From assembly GCA_030141605.1 (NCBI GenBank), contig JAQGDQ010001018.1, positions 6,011 to 70,010 of the forward strand: a stretch of 64,000 nt of DNA, read 5' to 3'. The position numbers and the translations under genes were made by a program. The stretch is from Tubiluchus corallicola. Taxonomy: Eukaryota; Animalia; Priapulida. The notes under the pieces are model-generated. The model was not told the DNA's origin, searched no databases, and worked only from the letters and a program-made list of their open reading frames with translations. Shown piece after piece: positions 58,453 to 64,000 of the stretch (the first letter of the stretch is position 1; the number at the start of each line of letters is the position of its first letter).

Positions 58453-59427
58453 GCTTTAAAGTAACCCCCCCCCCCTATAAATCAAGGTTTAATCATGTTA
58501 CCTGCACAAAATTCACAAATCCTTCTTTCTGATTGGTTCAGTTTTAAATACTTCACCTGCGCAAAGTTCATAAATCTAAGTGCCGCATTCCGTTTCCTTG
58601 AGTTCAGTGGTAGCTGGAGTTTGCACCCCGAACAGGGCAAGCCTGTACCTACCCCTCCCCGGAGCCTGCACCTACCCCTCCCCAGAACTTGTCTTCCAAC
58701 TGTTTCGGTGCAAATGTGAGAGTTTGGTAACCCCTCGAGGGTAGTTTGCTCTTTGTGTTTAGTCAGTTACTCAAAATTCATCGTAAAGTTTCACTCAGTA
58801 TAAAGTAATAGTTTGCTAATTTCAAGTTTTTCTCATTTAATCATCAACAAAAGTCACTGAAGCATTTTGGTCGAGTCTTATGCCCCTCTTTCAAAGATGG
58901 TGAATGTGTCCCAGTCGTTCGGGTTTACTAATCTCGTTTCAGAATGTGGTATCCGAACAGACGCCTCTCGCCCACTGAAAGCTCTGGTCCGAACCGTCCA
59001 GAGGTCATTACAAACACCTGGCGGCGAGAATCCGATTCAGAACAACACATTTTAATTCTGTTTGTAATCGAAACACGAGGAAGACACAGTTTTAAAGGAA
59101 TTACATAATTGTTATTTTGTATTTAAAATTAAAACACATTGGAAAGTTTTACACTAAGCTTATAAATCTCAAAACATAATAAAAACGCGCGTGTTATTTA
59201 AGTTATTTTTATTCTAAACGTGAAATGGAAACAAAATTTAGTATTGTGAAAAACGATCACGGAAGAACTACGACAGTCTCTTTCGTCTAGGCTTCATTCA
59301 GGGTCATTCAGGGCAGCAAATTACATGGGCGGGGGCAGCAATCATGAAAAAGACACATTTTGTTCACCCACATTTCTGTGGCCACGCTAATGACGATATG
59401 ACTTATATATAAGAGTATATCTAAGGC

Positions 59428-59893
59428 TAGTACTTGGATGGGTGACCGCCTAGGAATACCAGGTGCTGTAGGCTTGCGGGGGATGCCCACACTGTATCTC
59501 GGCACTAGGCGGAGGAGCTGCACAAGTAGCGAACGGCTAGAGGGCGGAGGAGGTCAAGTGACCAAAGGTAGAGGAGTAAACCTTCCAAATCAGGAGTGGA
59601 GCCCCGAAGGCGGACAAGTGCAGCATGCTCACTGACTCCGGCAGCTCCTGCAGCCAACCTGGTGCCAAACGTATCGGTCCGCTTTGCTTTAGACTACATC
59701 ATGGAGGAAGAGGGGGTTCCTGTTGTCTGGGCAACTCAGGATCTCCATACACCTTGCCCAGGCGTGCACCCTGGAGACGCTCAAGGATCGGATTGCTCAG
59801 CCACAGTCGACGCTGTAGCTCCATCAATGTGATCAATAACTGACTGTCTTGGCGCACACAACATTGTCTTCCGAGACAGAAGGATGCCAACAC
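59428..59893 (+). mobile_element. 5'-truncated copy of the 5S-headed SINE
   Basis: Starts within 5S (tagtacttggatgggtgacc); body colinear with 43241-43667. Confidence 0.92.
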
Positions 59894-60943
59894 ACTGATC
59901 TAACCGTAAATGCCTTCTGCTTTTCTCATATTCCTTTTAAAATGAATGAAAAGTCAATAATAGATGCACATTTTCATTTATATCCATGTAATCATAGATG
60001 ACCACACATTTTTCCATCAAAAAGGCAAAGTTCTGCTCCCGTACTGGCCCCCGTGGCTCCGGCGCACTTGGCTTCATTCTAGCAAAGTAATCTATAACTT
60101 TATTATAATCCACCTCAGTAGCTAACTATCTTTCAACAGAGAGCAAAGCTAACCTAGTCAATTGTCTTTTATCGCACACGTGAACTAAAGAGTTAAAAAA
60201 TTGTTGAAAATCTTGAAAAAGTGTCAATTTTAAAAAAATATGCTGGGGGAGCAATTGCTCCCTATCAGCTACGCAAACGAAGTTATTTTTACAATAAAAA
60301 ACATATTTTAGCTTGGGCCTTGTAAGCAAGAACTTGAGTAAGGATAAACAAATTCCAGTTAAACAAATCCAAGTTTTGATGGATGTAGATGGGTACGATC
60401 GTCAATATCCATAGATGAAACTTGCAGCGAATACATACCTTTGTGTATAAACAGCTTTGTGTATACTACTACAGTGTACACGAATGTGACAAAGGTCTAT
60501 TACTGGTCAGAGAAACCTGATGTTATGTCAACCATTGTGGCTAGTATGAATAGCATCATCATCACTATATCGTAGCAGCACAACAATGCTACGCATTATA
60601 GCCACATTACAAACTGAGCATGCGCAGGAATAATTTCGTGCTTTCATTGTGGTAACAAATAACGTGATTCAGTTGAAAAAGTGATAGTATTGTTTTGTGC
60701 TTTGTGCTTTGTGCCTTTCCATGAAAACTGTGACATATTAACGGTGTGTCAGCATTAGGATCTGTTTTGTATCAGCATATACTCAAAGTAAAATAATTAC
60801 ATGTAAATAAATCAAGGAAACAGCAAACTGTGCAATCTTATCGGTTTGTTCCCACGCTTTTCCCAATTAGCTGGTAACCAACGACATCATTAATTAGTTA
60901 GGTTATGACTGTAATTGCTAAAACGTTTATAAACTATTGCGGT

Positions 60944-61262
<319 letters not shown>

Positions 61263-61647
61263 ATGTTATTGTTACTACAGTCCCCAATTTTTCAGCGTTT
61301 CCTTTCTTTCTCCAACCCGCAATAGGTAATAATTTTTAAAAATAAACAGCAGTGGCTTATGAACACTCAGGCAGTCACAGTCATGATCTAATTAAGTAAC
61401 CCCGTGGGTTTGTTTTCGCAAGATGTCACACAAAGAGTTTGGATGTGTACACAGTACCATTAAGATTAGTGACTGCTGATCGAAGTACCTCATTTCCAAT
61501 TGGAAGACGAAACTTTTTTCACGTCTTGTGCTGCCTAACGTCATACTGTATTTATGACAAATAAGAGTTTGCATTGTGTTCAACCACTGTGTTTTCAACC
61601 CACAGTTTAAAAATTCGTATATAACAAAGAAATTTTTATTTTTCGTC

Positions 61648-64000
61648 AGAAGCTTTCGTTACTCACACACTTCATCAGTTGTACAAAGACTTTTTGAGAC
61701 TTACCAGAAGCTTTCGTTACTCACACACTTCATCAGTTGTACAAAGACTTTTTGAGACTTACCAGAAGCTTTCGTTACTCACACACTTCATCAGTTGTAC
61801 AAAGACTTTTTGAGACTTAACAGAAGCTTTCGTTACTCACACACTTCATCAGTTGTACAAAGACTTTTTGAGACTTAACAGAAGCTTTCGTTACTCACAC
61901 ACTTCATCAGTTGTACGAAGACTTTTTGAGACTTAATAGAAGCTTTCGTTACTCACACACTTCATCAGTTGTACAAAGACTTTTTGAGACTTAACAGAAG
62001 CTTTCGTTACTCACACACTTCATCAGTTGTACGAAGACTTTTTGAGACTTAACAGAAGCTTTCGTTACTCACACACTTCATCAGTTGTACGAAGACTTTT
62101 TGAGACTTAACAGAAGCTTTCGTTACTCACACACTTCATCAGTTGTACGAAGACTTTTTGAGACTTAATAGAAGCTTTCGTTACTCACACACTTCATCAG
62201 TTGTACAAAGACTTTTTGAGACTTAACAGAAGCTTTCGTTACTCACACACTTCATCAGTTGTACGAAGACTTTTTGAGACTTAACAGAAGCTTTCGTTAC
62301 TCACACACTTCATCAGTTGTACAAAGACTTTTTGAGACTTAAACAGAAGCTTTCGTTACTCACAAACTTCGTCAGTTGTACGAAGACTTTTTGAGACTTA
62401 ACAGAAGCTTTCGTTACTCACACACTTCATCAGTTGTACAAAGACTTTTTGAGACTTAACAGAAGCTTTCGTTACTCACACACTTCATCAGTTGTACAAA
62501 GACTTTTTGAGACTTAGCAGAAGCTTTCGTTACTCACACACTTCGTCAGTTGTACAAAGACTTTTTGAGACTTAACAGAAGCTTTCGTTACTCACACACT
62601 TCTTCAGTTGTACAAAGACTTTTTGAGACTTACCAGAAGCTTTCGTTACTCACACACTTCATCAGTTGTACAGACTTTTTGAGACTTAACAGAAGCTTTC
62701 GTTACTCACAAACTTCGTCAGTTGTACAAATACTTTTTGAGACTTAACAGAAGCTTTCGTTACTCACAAACTTCGTCAGTTGTACAAAGACTTTTTGAGA
62801 CTTAACAGAAGCTTTCGTTACCCACACACTTCATCAGTTGTACGAAGACTTTTTGAGACTTAACAGAAGCTTTCGTTACTCACACACTTCATCAGTTGTA
62901 CAAAGATTTTTTGAGACTTAACAGAAGCTTTCGTTACTCACAAACTTCGTCAGTTGTACGAAGACTTTTTGAGACTTAACAGAAGCTTTCGTTACTCACA
63001 AGCTTCATTAGTTGTACGAAGACTTTTTGAGACTTAACAGAAGCTTTCGTTACCCACACACTTCATCAGTTGTACGAAGACTTTTTGAGACTTAAACAGA
63101 AGTATTCATTTCTCATGAACTTCGTCAGCTGTTCAGACTTTTTGAGACTTAACAGAAGCTTTCGTTACTCACACACTTCATCAGTTGTACAAAGACTTTT
63201 TGAGACTTAGCAGAAGCTTTCGTTACTCACACACTTCGTCAGTTGTACGAAGACTTTTTGAGACTTAACAGAAGCTTTCGTTACTCACACACTTCATCAG
63301 TTGTACGAAGACTTTTTGAGACTTAACAGAAGCTTTCGTTACTCACACACTTCATCAGTTGTACGAAGACTTTTTGAGACTTAATAGAAGCTTTCGTTAC
63401 TCACACACTTCATCAGTTGTACAAAGACTTTTTGAGACTTAACAGAAGCTTTCGTTACTCACACACTTCATCAGTTGTACAAAGACTTTTTGAGACTTAA
63501 CAGAAGCTTTCGTTACTCACACACTTCATCAGTTGTACAAAGACTTTTTGAGACTTAACAGAAGCTTTCGTTACTCACACACTTCGTCAGTTGTACAAAG
63601 ACTTTTTGAGACTTAACAGAAGCTTTCGTTACTCACACACTTCATCAGTTGTACGAAGACTTTTTGAGACTTAACAGAAGCTTTCGTTACTCACACTTCA
63701 TCAGTTGTACGAAGACTTTTTGAGACTTAACAGAAGCTTTCGTTACTCACACACTTCATCAGTTGTACAAAGACTTTTTGAGACTTAACAGAAGCTTTCG
63801 TTACTCACACTTCGTCAGGTTGTACGAAGACTTTTTGAGACTTAACAGAAGCTTTCGTTACTCACACACTTCATCAGTTGTGAAGACTTTTTGAGACTTA
63901 ACAGAAGCTTTCGTTACTTTTCCACAAACTTCGTCAGTTGTACAAAGACTTTTGAGACTTAACAGAAGCTTTCGTTACTCACAAACTTCGTCAGTTGTTT
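61648..64000 (-). repeat. 58-bp satellite, ~40 units running to the window edge; each unit is a minimal hammerhead-ribozyme-like motif
   Basis: Minus-strand unit: ttaagtctcaaaaagtctttgtacaa-CTGAYGA-a-gtKtgtgagtaac-GAAA-gcttctg. The tandem repeat is certain; the ribozyme reading is by motif only. Confidence 0.85.

Noticed and set aside
59262-59305. Hammerhead-like CTGAATGAAG..CGAAA on the minus strand
   Set aside because: Extra base in the core and no credible stems I or III.
61648-64000. CRISPR array
   Set aside because: No variable spacers; it is a pure tandem repeat.

Overview
AT-rich, intron-rich eukaryotic DNA, most likely from an invertebrate animal; it is not prokaryotic. The minus strand carries a cluster of S1 (chymotrypsin-fold) serine protease genes. 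Gene A (6005-13180) is complete with 7 exons, has an intact catalytic triad, lacks most canonical disulfide cysteines and ends in a GPI-like tail; it is partly mirrored by a ~2.8 kb inverted duplicate. Gene B (19922-35471) is a trypsin with one unresolved internal exon. Gene C is represented only by two 3' exons (44278-46015). Three exons of a beta-lactamase/esterase-family (SxxK) gene lie on the plus strand (52203-57124). The rest is transposon-rich: a near-complete APE-RT LINE with a 2A-like motif, RTE and CR1 fragments, two 5S-headed SINEs, solo LTRs (one fused to a near-complete tRNA-His copy), several MITEs, and micro/minisatellites. The most striking feature is the 58-bp satellite at 61648-64000, where each unit reads on the minus strand as a minimal hammerhead-ribozyme motif. 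All calls were made by eye, without alignment, folding or database searches.
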